This document shows positions 44,171-53,733 of a stretch of 64,000 nucleotides of DNA, piece by piece; positions within the stretch are counted from its first letter, which is position 1, and each line of letters begins with the position of its first letter. The translations under genes were made by a program, and so were the position numbers. A model generated the notes under the pieces. That model was not told the DNA's origin. It was given only the letters and a program-made list of their open reading frames with translations, and did no database searches. The stretch lies in IMG/VR virus record IMGVR_UViG_3300045988_137643, positions 1 to 64,000 of that record. One strand, 5' to 3'. The stretch comes from a virus. Lineage: Duplodnaviria > Heunggongvirae > Uroviricota > Caudoviricetes.

Positions 44171-44928
44171 TTGGTCAGGCGAACAGATTAATCCCTGAAA
44201 TAGAAGACTACAGCAAGGTCTTGTCTGAAATGCCGAGAGCGACGAGAATTATCGCTCTCGGTGAGTTCTATTTTATCTCCCGAGGTTTCGATCTAATTCG
44301 ATTTACCGAATACGAGCTTGTTGATTCGGCCTATGAACGCTGTATTGTTGGCGAGTGTCTTGAGTCATGTGATCCTGATTACCAAGAGCAGGAAGTTAAG
44401 CGACTCAAACGTGCTGGTTACACACCTCTTGAGATAGGAGCAGAAATTGAATCCTACAAGTTGCATGTGGGGCAGTCAGTCCAAACAGTCTTCCGCGTGG
44501 CCTACTGCGAGTTTCCAATCAAGGATAAATCTGGAGTAAAAGTCAGCGCCAAGCAGATTAGAGGGGTTTTTACTCATGCTGATTATATGGGATTAGGCAT
44601 CGCAAGTTTTGCTTACCTTTATCTCGTAGATAAGTATCAGTACTTGGTTTGCGATACGTTACAGACGGTAAAAGGCGCAACTCTTTGGGCTGTGAGTATG
44701 CGCAAACATGGACTGGTAGAAATTTACGATACGAAGAACGAAAATTTTATAGAGGAATTGGGTGAGGATGCCTGTGGCGTAAGTGGTTTTATTCCGTGGG
44801 ATATTGGTAAGTCTGACGGAGGCCAGATGCGAAGACGTGAAGAGTGGGGGACTAATAAAATCAATCTCACCCCAGGTGCTTGTACTCATATAGTGAACAT
44901 TCTGAGTAAACGATCTATGAATCCATAA
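44155..44928 (+). CDS. hypothetical protein
   Basis: ORF track, 257 aa; strong terminator directly downstream. Confidence 0.5.
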   Translation: MAPSLIGQANRLIPEIEDYSKVLSEMPRATRIIALGEFYFISRGFDLIRFTEYELVDSAYERCIVGECLESCDPDYQEQEVKRLKRAGYTPLEIGAEIESYKLHVGQSVQTVFRVAYCEFPIKDKSGVKVSAKQIRGVFTHADYMGLGIASFAYLYLVDKYQYLVCDTLQTVKGATLWAVSMRKHGLVEIYDTKNENFIEELGEDACGVSGFIPWDIGKSDGGQMRRREEWGTNKINLTPGACTHIVNILSKRSMNP

Positions 44929-44950
44929 ACCCGCTACGGCGGGTTTTTTT
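44928..44950 (+). terminator. rho-independent-type terminator
   Basis: AACCCGC-TACG-GCGGGTT followed by TTTTTTT. Confidence 0.8.
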
Positions 44951-45029
44951 GTTATTAAGCCCCCCTATGTACCTATCATTAAACCTTTACACCGCAGCCG
45001 TAGGCATTTAGGCTATATCACATATAAGA

Positions 45030-45042
45030 AAACAAGTTGTTT
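45030..45042. promoter_or_regulatory. family A palindrome AAACAA-G-TTGTTT upstream of parA
   Basis: followed by GATAAT hexamer and AAGGGA RBS. Confidence 0.6.
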
Positions 45043-45077
45043 CAGACGATAATTATATACGCAAAGGGAACTCTCCA

Positions 45078-45746
45078 ATGACCAAGATCTTTGTGGTTGG
45101 CGGCACAAAGGGCGGGCCTGGCAAATCCACCGTTGCCCAGCAAATTGCCGTTTGCCTGAAAGTCAAAAAGAAGAAGAAGGTTTATATCACCGATATAGAT
45201 ATTCAGCGCACGACAACGAGCTGGTGTGAAGACCGTCGACAGAACGAAGACCTTGAGCTGATTCCTTTTGCATACGTTCAGGATGACATCATTAAGCACC
45301 TAAAATCGCTTCAGGGTAGAGCTGAGTATGTAGTGGTAGATGCTGGTGGCTTCGACTCCGAAATTCAGCGACAAGCGATGCTGATGGCTGACGTTATCAT
45401 TATCCCGCTGCGTCCTAAGCGTCGTGATTTGAAATCTTTACGTGACATCGATCCTATTATCGACAATGTTCGCAATGTAAACGATAAAGTGAAGGTCCGC
45501 GCGGTCATGAACCAGTGCCCGGCTTTGCCATCACAAGTGTCTCGCATTCTGGCGGCTAAAGAGATTGTCGAGACGTTTGGCATCGAGTCTGCGCCTGTCA
45601 ATCTATATAACCGCAACGTCTACGATGATGCGGAAGAGTCTGGTCGTTCTATCTTTGAAATGACCGGTAGCGAGCGCGACAAAAAGGCGGAAGCCGAGTT
45701 TGAAGAATTTGTAGATTATCTGTTGAGTCTGGAGGAAGAAGAATAA
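45078..45746 (+). CDS. parA: ParA/MinD-family partition ATPase
   Basis: deviant Walker A GGTKGGPGKST; 222 aa without N-terminal HTH (type Ib-like); operator palindrome upstream. Confidence 0.85.
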   Translation: MTKIFVVGGTKGGPGKSTVAQQIAVCLKVKKKKKVYITDIDIQRTTTSWCEDRRQNEDLELIPFAYVQDDIIKHLKSLQGRAEYVVVDAGGFDSEIQRQAMLMADVIIIPLRPKRRDLKSLRDIDPIIDNVRNVNDKVKVRAVMNQCPALPSQVSRILAAKEIVETFGIESAPVNLYNRNVYDDAEESGRSIFEMTGSERDKKAEAEFEEFVDYLLSLEEEE

Positions 45747-46105
45747 TGTCCATGAAAATGGGTGACCTAGCAAAGCGCAAAGAGCCTGATGCACCGGCTA
45801 AGAACACAACTCCTTTGCGCCAACCAGTCAGACCACAGGGACGCCCGACTCGTGGCAAAGAGAAAATTAAAAGCCGCACAATGTCACTGGAAGACGAATA
45901 CTTCGAACTGCTGGAGATGATGAAGTTCATCCCTCGCTTCGAGAAATTCACCCGCTCTGATGTGATTCGTGCTGCTATTTTCCATCTTGCGGAGAAGACA
46001 CCGCAGGAAATCGAGGACATCGTGAAACTTAACGAGGCGATCACAGCTGCCGATGTAACGATGCGTACCGATGAAATCAAGCGAGAACTCATGAAAAAAG
46101 GCTGA
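45746..46105 (+). CDS. ribbon-helix-helix partition partner (ParG-like)
   Basis: ATGA-coupled to parA; C-terminal RHH-like segment; large palindrome 46136-46190 downstream. Confidence 0.6.
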   Translation: MSMKMGDLAKRKEPDAPAKNTTPLRQPVRPQGRPTRGKEKIKSRTMSLEDEYFELLEMMKFIPRFEKFTRSDVIRAAIFHLAEKTPQEIEDIVKLNEAITAADVTMRTDEIKRELMKKG

Positions 46106-46135
46106 CAACTTCCGGTCTGGCAGCTTCAATCAGAA

Positions 46136-46190
46136 CCTGTTTCTGTATTTAAATAATAAGTAACTTATTAAATATATATACGGAAGCAGG
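46136..46190. repeat. large palindromic hairpin element, copy 2, immediately downstream of partition operon
   Basis: same 17-bp core at 46154-46170 with flanking stem CCTGTTTCTGTA.../...TACGGAAGCAGG. Confidence 0.75.
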
Positions 46191-46307
46191 TCTTTTAAAA
46201 GACACCCACCAGAACAACTCCCTTCCGTTTTCACTTCCAAAAACTGACACCAGTCGCTATCATCCGCTCATTGTGATAAGTAAGTAACTACCTACCAGGT
46301 GAGCCAC

Positions 46308-47048
46308 ATGAGCCAAATCTTTTTCGATACCATCGACAACGACCAGTACGACTTCATGACAGAGTGGAATACCGCTGTTATGGACAAGTGGGTCGCTGAA
46401 AACATTGGTTTGTCGCGCTGTAAAGACGAGGCTGAACTCTTCGAGACGAAGTGGTTTGATTACCGAGACATGCATCCTCTTATGGCCACCTGTCTGTTTA
46501 CGGAGGCATACAAACGTCAGTACTCAAATATCATGCTGACGCACGGTCGCGAACACTTTGAAACAGCTCCGTTCACCACCGGGTTAAAACGCCTGCCTTA
46601 TCAGGAGTTGTCGACTGCCAATAAAACGTCGCTATGGAAAGCACGCCAGTTTGCTGATCGCTATTGCTGCTCATACGACTACTTTATCTCCACCGTGCTT
46701 TCCGCAGCTGCACGACGTCTGTGGGACAAGCTGCCTCGCCCACAGCATTTGTGGCAGCCAGAACTGATTGAGATATTTGAAGAGAAATTAGCCAGACGCG
46801 CAACAACCCGTCTGGATGACTCTCTGGTTAGTTTTAAGCATATGGGAGACATGCAGTTCAACCCGATCCAGGAAAGCTATTTTGAGTGGATTCTGGAGCG
46901 TTTACGCACCATCCCCCGCAGCAAGCGCATACGCGCAATTTTCTCCGCTATCTGGCTAATGGAAATCGTTCCAGAGCGCCTTATTTCCGCCCATTTTCCA
47001 GAAGAACTGGAGGAAGCACGGCGGTTTATTGATCCCCTATCCAATTAA
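46308..47048 (+). CDS. hypothetical protein upstream of replicative helicase (possible initiator/loader)
   Basis: ORF track with start moved to ATG 46308 (AGGTGA RBS); position. Confidence 0.45.
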   Translation: MSQIFFDTIDNDQYDFMTEWNTAVMDKWVAENIGLSRCKDEAELFETKWFDYRDMHPLMATCLFTEAYKRQYSNIMLTHGREHFETAPFTTGLKRLPYQELSTANKTSLWKARQFADRYCCSYDYFISTVLSAAARRLWDKLPRPQHLWQPELIEIFEEKLARRATTRLDDSLVSFKHMGDMQFNPIQESYFEWILERLRTIPRSKRIRAIFSAIWLMEIVPERLISAHFPEELEEARRFIDPLSN

Positions 47049-47059
47049 CTAATACTAGA

Positions 47060-47072
47060 AAACAATTTGTTT
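47060..47072. promoter_or_regulatory. family A palindrome AAACAA-T-TTGTTT upstream of helicase gene
   Basis: perfect inverted repeat 20 nt before ATG 47092. Confidence 0.6.
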
Positions 47073-47091
47073 AAAAAACAAAGGAAAGCAC

Positions 47092-48432
47092 ATGACCGAA
47101 CTTTGCCATACAGGACGCGGGCTGTCCGAAGAGTTTGATGAAGATTTCCAGAACAGATTGACGGCATATTTTTGTCGTGATCACGAGTTTCTTACTCGTG
47201 CGGGAGATCTGGTTGTACCTAGCCAATTTGCCAATGCGGCCAATGCCATATTGGTTAATATGGTTTCGGGCTATTACCGTATGTACAAGAGCGCGCCCTC
47301 TTCATCTGCAATTCTGGATATGCTTAAGCGTGCGAAACGCGATAAGACTATCCGTGAGGAACTATTCGCCGATGTTGTTGCTGCGTTTAAGCGCATCCTT
47401 GCAGAAAAATTGTCCGATACCTCGTACATGGTTGACCAGGTATCAACCTTCGCAAAAAGCGTAGCGTTTGATGATGCTCTGATTAAGGCTGCTGAACTGA
47501 AAGAGAAGGGCGACTTTCAGGGGGCGATGGCAATCATGGCCAAGGTTCAGCAGATTGGATCGAACGAAGCGACCGGAATCTATGACTACTACACCTCCGC
47601 AAGTGAGCGATTGAAAGCGCGTGAATATGAGGCTTCAGAGGAGTATGTACCAAACAGTATTACAACTGGACTCCCTCTTCTCGATAGGTTGCTGTACCAA
47701 AAAGGCTGGGCAAAGCGCGAAATGGTGCTCTTCATGGGGTTCGCTAAATCCGGTAAATCGACCGCAATGGGTGAGTTTTCCATAAACGCAACGCTTGCTG
47801 GCTACAATGTACTGTATCTCTCGCTGGAGGTTCACACCAACATTTTGTCCGACCGTTTTGATGCAAGATTGTCGGAGACGGAAATGTCCAAGCTGGTGGA
47901 ACGGCGCGATGAAGTTCATCGTAAGTTGGCAGAGTTGGGAGCCACTAAGGGGATTGGTAGTTTGTGGGTTGTTGAGCGTCCGTCAGGAAGTATGTCACCG
48001 GCAGATCTGGACCGTATGCTTAACAGTATGAAAGCCAATGGCATGGTGCCTGACATGCTTGTTGTCGACTACGCAGATTTGATGCGTGCCAGTTATGACC
48101 TTCGTGATGATCGCGCCAACATTCGTAGTATCTACACCGATTTACGTGCTCTTTATGACAAACATAACGTTGCTGGAATCACGGCATCGCAGACAAACCG
48201 TGAAGGTGGCGCGTCAGAAGTTGCCACAATGATGCACGCCGCCGACAACATCGAAAAAGTACGTATTGCTGACCTGGTAATAACGATCAACAAAACCGAA
48301 GAAGAAGAAGCGAAAGGAGAGGCTCGTCTCTACTTTGCTGGTTCACGTAACCAGCAGGGAGGGATCAGCATTCGTGTTAAACAAAACCTCGAACAAATGC
48401 GCTTCATTGAGCGGATCTTAGACGTTACCTAA
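47092..48432 (+). CDS. DnaB-like replicative helicase
   Basis: Walker A GFAKSGKST, Walker B MLVVDYADLM, RecA-like C-terminal domain. Confidence 0.8.
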   Translation: MTELCHTGRGLSEEFDEDFQNRLTAYFCRDHEFLTRAGDLVVPSQFANAANAILVNMVSGYYRMYKSAPSSSAILDMLKRAKRDKTIREELFADVVAAFKRILAEKLSDTSYMVDQVSTFAKSVAFDDALIKAAELKEKGDFQGAMAIMAKVQQIGSNEATGIYDYYTSASERLKAREYEASEEYVPNSITTGLPLLDRLLYQKGWAKREMVLFMGFAKSGKSTAMGEFSINATLAGYNVLYLSLEVHTNILSDRFDARLSETEMSKLVERRDEVHRKLAELGATKGIGSLWVVERPSGSMSPADLDRMLNSMKANGMVPDMLVVDYADLMRASYDLRDDRANIRSIYTDLRALYDKHNVAGITASQTNREGGASEVATMMHAADNIEKVRIADLVITINKTEEEEAKGEARLYFAGSRNQQGGISIRVKQNLEQMRFIERILDVT

Positions 48433-48439
48433 AAAATAA

Positions 48440-48465
48440 GCGTGGAGAACACCTCCACGCTTGAT
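48440..48465 (+). terminator. terminator-like hairpin after helicase gene
   Basis: GCGTGGAG-AACAC-CTCCACGC then T-rich TTGATTCATT. Confidence 0.5.
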
Positions 48466-48513
48466 TCATTGGTGAAACAACTTTTCTTTTGCCAAACCAC
48501 AAAAGAAAAACAC

Positions 48514-49695
48514 ATGAGCCTTTATGTTATATCAACATTTAGGTTGGTCACAATATTGCCTGTTAAAAGTGGAATTATCGTGAGCGAGCTGAAAGAGCTA
48601 ATTACCGAATTAGATTTTGAACAATGGTTGGACACTGAAGGTATCGTTTATCGACGTGGAGGCGTGAGTGCTCGCGGTCGTGAAGTGAATATCAAGGAGT
48701 GTCCGGTATGCGGCAGCTCCAACTGGAAGGTATATTTCAATCTGACCAGTGGCGTCGGCAAATGCTTCGCTGGTGATCATCCCGAAGAGATTCAGTTCAA
48801 TAAGCTGGTCTTCCTCAAGCACTACAGCGGTAAATCACGACGACAGTTCGAGGAATATGTGCAGAACGCTCTTCTTTCCCAGGGGTGGGCACCAAAGAAA
48901 GAAGAGATAGTGCTTACAAGCACAGTCGAGTTAGAGGGACCACTTGCACTCCCTCGTCATTACGAACTTCCTATAGATGGCCGTCTTCCAGACTATCTGG
49001 TTGAACGAAACATATCGCCTGAAATGGCAAAGTATTTTGACCTACGATACTGCGTCGAAGGCAAGCACGCTTATGTAGATCCGTATACAGATCAGGTTAA
49101 AGGACAGATATTCGATATGCGAATACTGATACCGGTTTACGATCTGGATGGGGTAATGAAGACATTTCAGGGGCGAGACATTACCGGTACAGCTGAACGT
49201 CGCTACCTCTTTCCTATGCAGCTTCCAGCTTCAGGCAAGTTTCTCTACAACGGCCATAATGCGGTCGGCAAACAGACTGTAGTTGTCTGTGAGGGGGCGT
49301 TCGATGTTATGGGGGTTAAACGAGCTATTTTTGATGAAGAAACATTACGTGATTACGTGGAACCGATAGGAACGTTCGGGATGCATCTATCTGGTAACAC
49401 CACTCAGGATGCAGAAGATCAGTTAGGCGCGTTCCTGACGCTCAAGGCGCGTGGGTTACGTAATGTGATCATGATGTGGGATAGTGAAAAGCAAGCTATA
49501 CGCAACACTATGGCCGCAGCCAGGCGACTGACCAGTATCGGTCTTAATGTCAAAGTTGCGTGTTTGGGTGAGGAAGGACTCGACCCGGGCGGTGCAACGC
49601 CAGAACAAATTATCAAAGCCTATTATCGGGCAAAACCGTATACCAAACAGTTGGAGTTGCAAAGCAAGGTTTTGGGCATTAAGGCTCTATCGTAA
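48514..49695 (+). CDS. DnaG-like primase (zinc ribbon plus Toprim)
   Basis: CPVCGSSNW...KCFAGDH zinc-binding motif, VVVCEGAFDVMG Toprim glutamate, MWDSEKQA acidic motif; start moved to ATG 48514. Confidence 0.75.
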   Translation: MSLYVISTFRLVTILPVKSGIIVSELKELITELDFEQWLDTEGIVYRRGGVSARGREVNIKECPVCGSSNWKVYFNLTSGVGKCFAGDHPEEIQFNKLVFLKHYSGKSRRQFEEYVQNALLSQGWAPKKEEIVLTSTVELEGPLALPRHYELPIDGRLPDYLVERNISPEMAKYFDLRYCVEGKHAYVDPYTDQVKGQIFDMRILIPVYDLDGVMKTFQGRDITGTAERRYLFPMQLPASGKFLYNGHNAVGKQTVVVCEGAFDVMGVKRAIFDEETLRDYVEPIGTFGMHLSGNTTQDAEDQLGAFLTLKARGLRNVIMMWDSEKQAIRNTMAAARRLTSIGLNVKVACLGEEGLDPGGATPEQIIKAYYRAKPYTKQLELQSKVLGIKALS

Positions 49696-49709
49696 CAAGT
49701 GCCGCTAAA

Positions 49710-49729
49710 ATAAGTAGATGATTACTTAT
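49710..49729. promoter_or_regulatory. family B palindrome ATAAGTA-GATGAT-TACTTAT
   Basis: 7-bp arms, 6-bp spacer; upstream of 49771..50553. Confidence 0.55.
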
Positions 49730-49770
49730 CTTTCTGTAAGAATACTTTCATCTGTTAGCTAGGAGTTGGT

Positions 49771-50553
49771 ATGAAAGACGAAATTCACAAATTAGCCTGC
49801 GACATCATTGATAAAACTGGTTTAGAAATCAGCGAGAGCAATCGACTAGACATCATTGAAAAAGCGGTAAAAACAGCAATGGATCATATCGCCACTCGTT
49901 TGGTTGAGATCCCGCTACCAGGGCTACCTTATCTGAAAGTTGAGTTACACGTATGGGGTGAACCTTCTTGTGCACGGCGTTCTGCATTAGTTGTTTTTAT
50001 TAGCAAAGAAAACCCGCTCAGTCTTAAAGTGCAGGTTGGTGCATGGATGGATGGCAAAGTGATCTACACAAATACCGTTTTTTGTGCGCCAAACGACAGT
50101 ATTATTGAAGAGGCTATTCAGGAATCACTTCTTACTATGCATAGCTTAGTTTTGCTGGAAGACAAGCAAAACTACGAAGAGTACTTACGGTCGATAAAAG
50201 GTGAGAGAACATTGTCACTTAAAGCCGATTTCGTTACCCCGACAAACCTGTTGGAAGTCTTGCTTAATAAAGGGGCTAATGATGCCGTAAATGTAATCAG
50301 AGAGAGTGAGTATGCGTCTCTTTGCGACATGTGCAAAAGCCAGTTGGATCTGGTGCATATCGTTATTGATGCTGGGAAGGCATGTGATGGCGTAATGGCG
50401 GAATTTGCTGGGAAGATGGTCAGGATTGCTAACGAATTACCGATGATAGAGCAAGAGGCTAAATCATACGCCACCAATCATGTCACAGAGCTTCTTGTCC
50501 CCTATCGCTTAGAAAGCAATCAGCGCAAGATGGTTAGCTGGGGAAGTTGGTAA
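49771..50553 (+). CDS. hypothetical protein
   Basis: ORF track; AGGAG RBS; palindrome 49710-49729 upstream. Confidence 0.5.
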   Translation: MKDEIHKLACDIIDKTGLEISESNRLDIIEKAVKTAMDHIATRLVEIPLPGLPYLKVELHVWGEPSCARRSALVVFISKENPLSLKVQVGAWMDGKVIYTNTVFCAPNDSIIEEAIQESLLTMHSLVLLEDKQNYEEYLRSIKGERTLSLKADFVTPTNLLEVLLNKGANDAVNVIRESEYASLCDMCKSQLDLVHIVIDAGKACDGVMAEFAGKMVRIANELPMIEQEAKSYATNHVTELLVPYRLESNQRKMVSWGSW

Positions 50554-50608
50554 TCTCTCCGCGCGTCGTTTTTTACGCAAATAACGATAGGTAAGTACAA
50601 GATTATTT

Positions 50609-51091
50609 ATGGCGGTAGTTGTGAAAACTGATTTGTCAAAAATCCCCTCTATTTCAGGAAATAATGGTTATTCACTTCGTTGTGAGGAAGTAAAGATAAA
50701 CGGTGAGTCGGCATATTGCAGCTACTCCGTTTGCCAGCACACCATTCTTGCCTTCAAAGAAAACCGTCTTCCTCGAACTTCATTCCAGTCGTGCGCAACC
50801 GCTATCAAAGCAGGCAAATGCAAGGCGTTAAAAATGATGCTTGAAGAGATTCGTAAAGGAGAATCTCTGTATTTCGAAGATATGACCGCGCTCATTAAGG
50901 AGGTTGAAGAACGGAATAAACAAGCCAGAACTTTAAAACGAAAACGTGACAGTGTAACGATTAATAGCATGGTTAAGAAGAGCGCCACATCACAAACAGC
51001 GATCACTGACGTGTATGCGGCGTTGCTTGAAGAAACAACAAAAGAAACACATGAGCAAATCGATCAACATATGGAGGCAAAACAACAATGA
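50609..51091 (+). CDS. hypothetical protein
   Basis: ORF track; overlaps ligase start. Confidence 0.5.
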   Translation: MAVVVKTDLSKIPSISGNNGYSLRCEEVKINGESAYCSYSVCQHTILAFKENRLPRTSFQSCATAIKAGKCKALKMMLEEIRKGESLYFEDMTALIKEVEERNKQARTLKRKRDSVTINSMVKKSATSQTAITDVYAALLEETTKETHEQIDQHMEAKQQ

Positions 51092-52410
51092 AAAAGTTGA
51101 TCGCACTTAAGCATAAGCTGGACGAAATGAAAGCTATGGGAACCAATGCAAAAAAAGAGGCATTGGCCAACATGGATGACTTCGAGCAAAGCATGGTTTC
51201 ATTGATGCTCAACCCTTTCATCCGTTTTGGGGTAAAGAAATACAAAGTGGCAGAGCCGCTTAGTGAGTCCGTCCCAAGTGACGAAAAAGCCATTGATATA
51301 CTGAATAAGCTGGCCTCTCGCGAGCTGACGGGGAACGCAGCAATAGCTGCTGTTGAGTCTATCGTGGCGTCAATGTGCGCCGATGGGCAGGACGTGTTCC
51401 GTCGTTTCCTCTTAAAAGATCCGAAAGCTGGCGTTGGGATTAGCCTATGCAACAAGGTTTTTGAAAATCCCATTCCGAAATTCGAGGTGCAGCTGGCGTC
51501 ACCGTATAAAGAAAAAGGTGACAAATACCCCTTCAAGCCAAATCCTAAAGCCAAATGGCCGATGATTGGCAGCCTTAAGCTCGATGGTTTGCGAGTAATT
51601 TGTGAGGTTATTGTTGACGAGGAAGAGGTTAACTTCCTTTCTCGTACTGGTAATCCAATCACGTCTCTCGATCACCTAAAGCCAGCCATGCTCGAATTAG
51701 GCAAACTTTCAGGCCACAAACACATCTTCTTCGATGGTGAAGGAACAGCCGGTTCATTTAACCAGTCCGTATCTGCATTGCGCAAAAAGAACGTGCAGGC
51801 AATTGGCGCTATTTATCATGTTTTCGACTTCTTCCTACCGGAATGGCGAGCACAGGCTAAATCCAAAGAGTATGCAAAGACAGGTATGAAGCTGAAAGAG
51901 CGCCTGGCTATGCTGGTGGCGTTGTTCAAAAACGATCGCAGTGAAGGCTACACACAAGACATTCACCTGCATCCGTTCTATATCATCCATAGCCACGAAG
52001 ACTTCATCGAACGCTTCATGAAACGCCTGGACGATAACGAAGAAGGGGAGATGGGCAAAGATCCGAACTCTGTTTACGAGTTTAAACGTACCCGCAGCTG
52101 GTGGAAGTTAAAAGACGAAGATTCAGAAGATGGTGAAATTATCGACTTTGAGCCGGGCGACCCGGACTCTGGTTTTGCCAACACACTTGGAAAAATTGTT
52201 ATTCGTCTTGAAAACGGCGTCATCGTTCGTGCGAGCGGCATTAAGCATAAATATCTGGACGAGATCTGGAACAACAAAGAGAAGTACCGTGGTCGTATTG
52301 TCGAGGTTCATTGTCACGAGAAAACACCGGACGGCAGCTTACGCCACCCACGACTGAAATGGCCGCGTTGCTTACGCGATACAGAAGATCGAATCGGAGA
52401 TAAAGAATGA
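51088..52410 (+). CDS. ATP-dependent DNA ligase
   Basis: adenylation motif I KLDGLR; size and position in replication module. Confidence 0.8.
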   Translation: MKKLIALKHKLDEMKAMGTNAKKEALANMDDFEQSMVSLMLNPFIRFGVKKYKVAEPLSESVPSDEKAIDILNKLASRELTGNAAIAAVESIVASMCADGQDVFRRFLLKDPKAGVGISLCNKVFENPIPKFEVQLASPYKEKGDKYPFKPNPKAKWPMIGSLKLDGLRVICEVIVDEEEVNFLSRTGNPITSLDHLKPAMLELGKLSGHKHIFFDGEGTAGSFNQSVSALRKKNVQAIGAIYHVFDFFLPEWRAQAKSKEYAKTGMKLKERLAMLVALFKNDRSEGYTQDIHLHPFYIIHSHEDFIERFMKRLDDNEEGEMGKDPNSVYEFKRTRSWWKLKDEDSEDGEIIDFEPGDPDSGFANTLGKIVIRLENGVIVRASGIKHKYLDEIWNNKEKYRGRIVEVHCHEKTPDGSLRHPRLKWPRCLRDTEDRIGDKE

Positions 52411-52586
52411 TGCTCGGCTGGATGATTGCATTTTTAGCGGTTGGTTTTTTAATCGGTATTGTTGTGATGTCCAGTTGCATCAATGACTACATTAAAAGCG
52501 GTGTTATAGAAAGACGCGGTCGTATTTATCGCATTGTTGAAATAACCAACACCGTGAAGGAGATTAAGGATGATCGTATTAAGTAA
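52407..52586 (+). CDS. small membrane protein (59 aa)
   Basis: ATG overlapping ligase stop; N-terminal TM helix; paralogous to 52783..52934. Confidence 0.35.
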   Translation: MMLGWMIAFLAVGFLIGIVVMSSCINDYIKSGVIERRGRIYRIVEITNTVKEIKDDRIK

Positions 52587-52785
52587 ACGGGAGAAGGAAA
52601 CGCTTCATGAAATCAGTAAGTGGCCGGAGTTCCCTGAGTACTGGAAGCCTAAAACGCGAGCTAAGTTAGAGCGTTTAGGGTTGGTTGCAAACGTTTCTGA
52701 AACGAAGTGTTCGGCCAACTACCAGTTAACTGATAAAGGGAAAGTATTGCTACAGCAATTAGTAGAATCAGGAGTGTTAAAATGA
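52570..52785 (+). CDS. hypothetical small protein
   Basis: ORF track. Confidence 0.4.
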   Translation: MIVLSKREKETLHEISKWPEFPEYWKPKTRAKLERLGLVANVSETKCSANYQLTDKGKVLLQQLVESGVLK

Positions 52786-52934
52786 TTCCATATATCTCAT
52801 TAGCTTTTATGGGTGGCTTCCTTATCGGCTTCGGCATCTGTCGTGATTTAATTAAGCAGGAACTTAAAACCAAAACACTGTGCATCGGAAAGCGCGTGTA
52901 TCGGGTAGTTCATGAAACAAAGGTGAAAAAATGA
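52783..52934 (+). CDS. small membrane protein (50 aa), paralogue of 52407..52586
   Basis: N-terminal TM helix followed by GKRVYRVVHETKVKK, similar to RRGRIYRIVEITNTVKE in the other copy. Confidence 0.35.
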
Positions 52935-53221
52935 GCAAGTTAACTTCTTGGGAATGGTGGTTGGCCACCTATTTCTTAGCGACCGGAGTCGCATTCGCCT
53001 TTTACGTAGGTCAGTTAGTCGTAAAACTGTTGCTGATTAAATTTGCTAGTCATAAACGTATCGATGATGGTCTGTGGCGTCTTGGCACCCTGGTGGAAAC
53101 TCGCTACGGGCAACTTAAGGAGAACGAAACCATTACTATCCAAGCGAAACGATTCACTGCCACCATCACAAGAACACCTGATCGTAGAGTGGCCTTGATC
53201 AAAAAAGTCACAACCGAATAA
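52931..53221 (+). CDS. small membrane protein
   Basis: ORF track; N-terminal hydrophobic helix. Confidence 0.45.
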   Translation: MSKLTSWEWWLATYFLATGVAFAFYVGQLVVKLLLIKFASHKRIDDGLWRLGTLVETRYGQLKENETITIQAKRFTATITRTPDRRVALIKKVTTE

Positions 53222-53231
53222 AAACACAATA

Positions 53232-53251
53232 ATAAGTATTTACTTACTTAT
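53232..53251. promoter_or_regulatory. family B palindrome ATAAGTA-TTTACT-TACTTAT followed by T-run
   Basis: 7-bp arms; T6 downstream, so may also act as a weak terminator. Confidence 0.5.
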
Positions 53252-53611
53252 TTTTTATGTATAAGATGACTTTGTTTTCGTTGAGACGCGACTGTTTGAA
53301 CTTAAATACAAGTGCAAACGAAGAAGTCTATCTGGCAGTAGCCTAATAAGCCAAACACCAGCGAGGTCAGTTTCCAGCCTCGTTACCGAAATGGGACACA
53401 CTGAGCGAGTGTGATTACAGAACGCAGGAGGGAACATTCATGTTCCCTCCGATGAAGTAACAGAATGGGCGGTTGGTATATTTTCAACTCCATATGACTC
53501 CCGGATTCTTAGCCACTGACCGTCCATCCTGTTACGTCATTTTGTTCAATTATGTCGTTTATACTGGGTTAAAAAGCGGCGACGTAGCCCGGCTGGTATG
53601 GTTAGCCAGCA

Positions 53612-53733
53612 CACAACGTTGAGGCCATTACATTTTTATCAATTCTAAGGTTCTATCCACAGAAAAACCGGCGAACGTTGATATGTAACATGTTGGGCAA
53701 ACATTCAATCGGAGTAGTGGCCTCAACGTTGTG
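53612..53733 (+). other. long inverted-repeat hairpin element H1 (20-bp stem, ~82-nt loop)
   Basis: CACAACGTTGAGGCCATTAC ... GTAGTGGCCTCAACGTTGTG, one wobble position. Confidence 0.6.
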
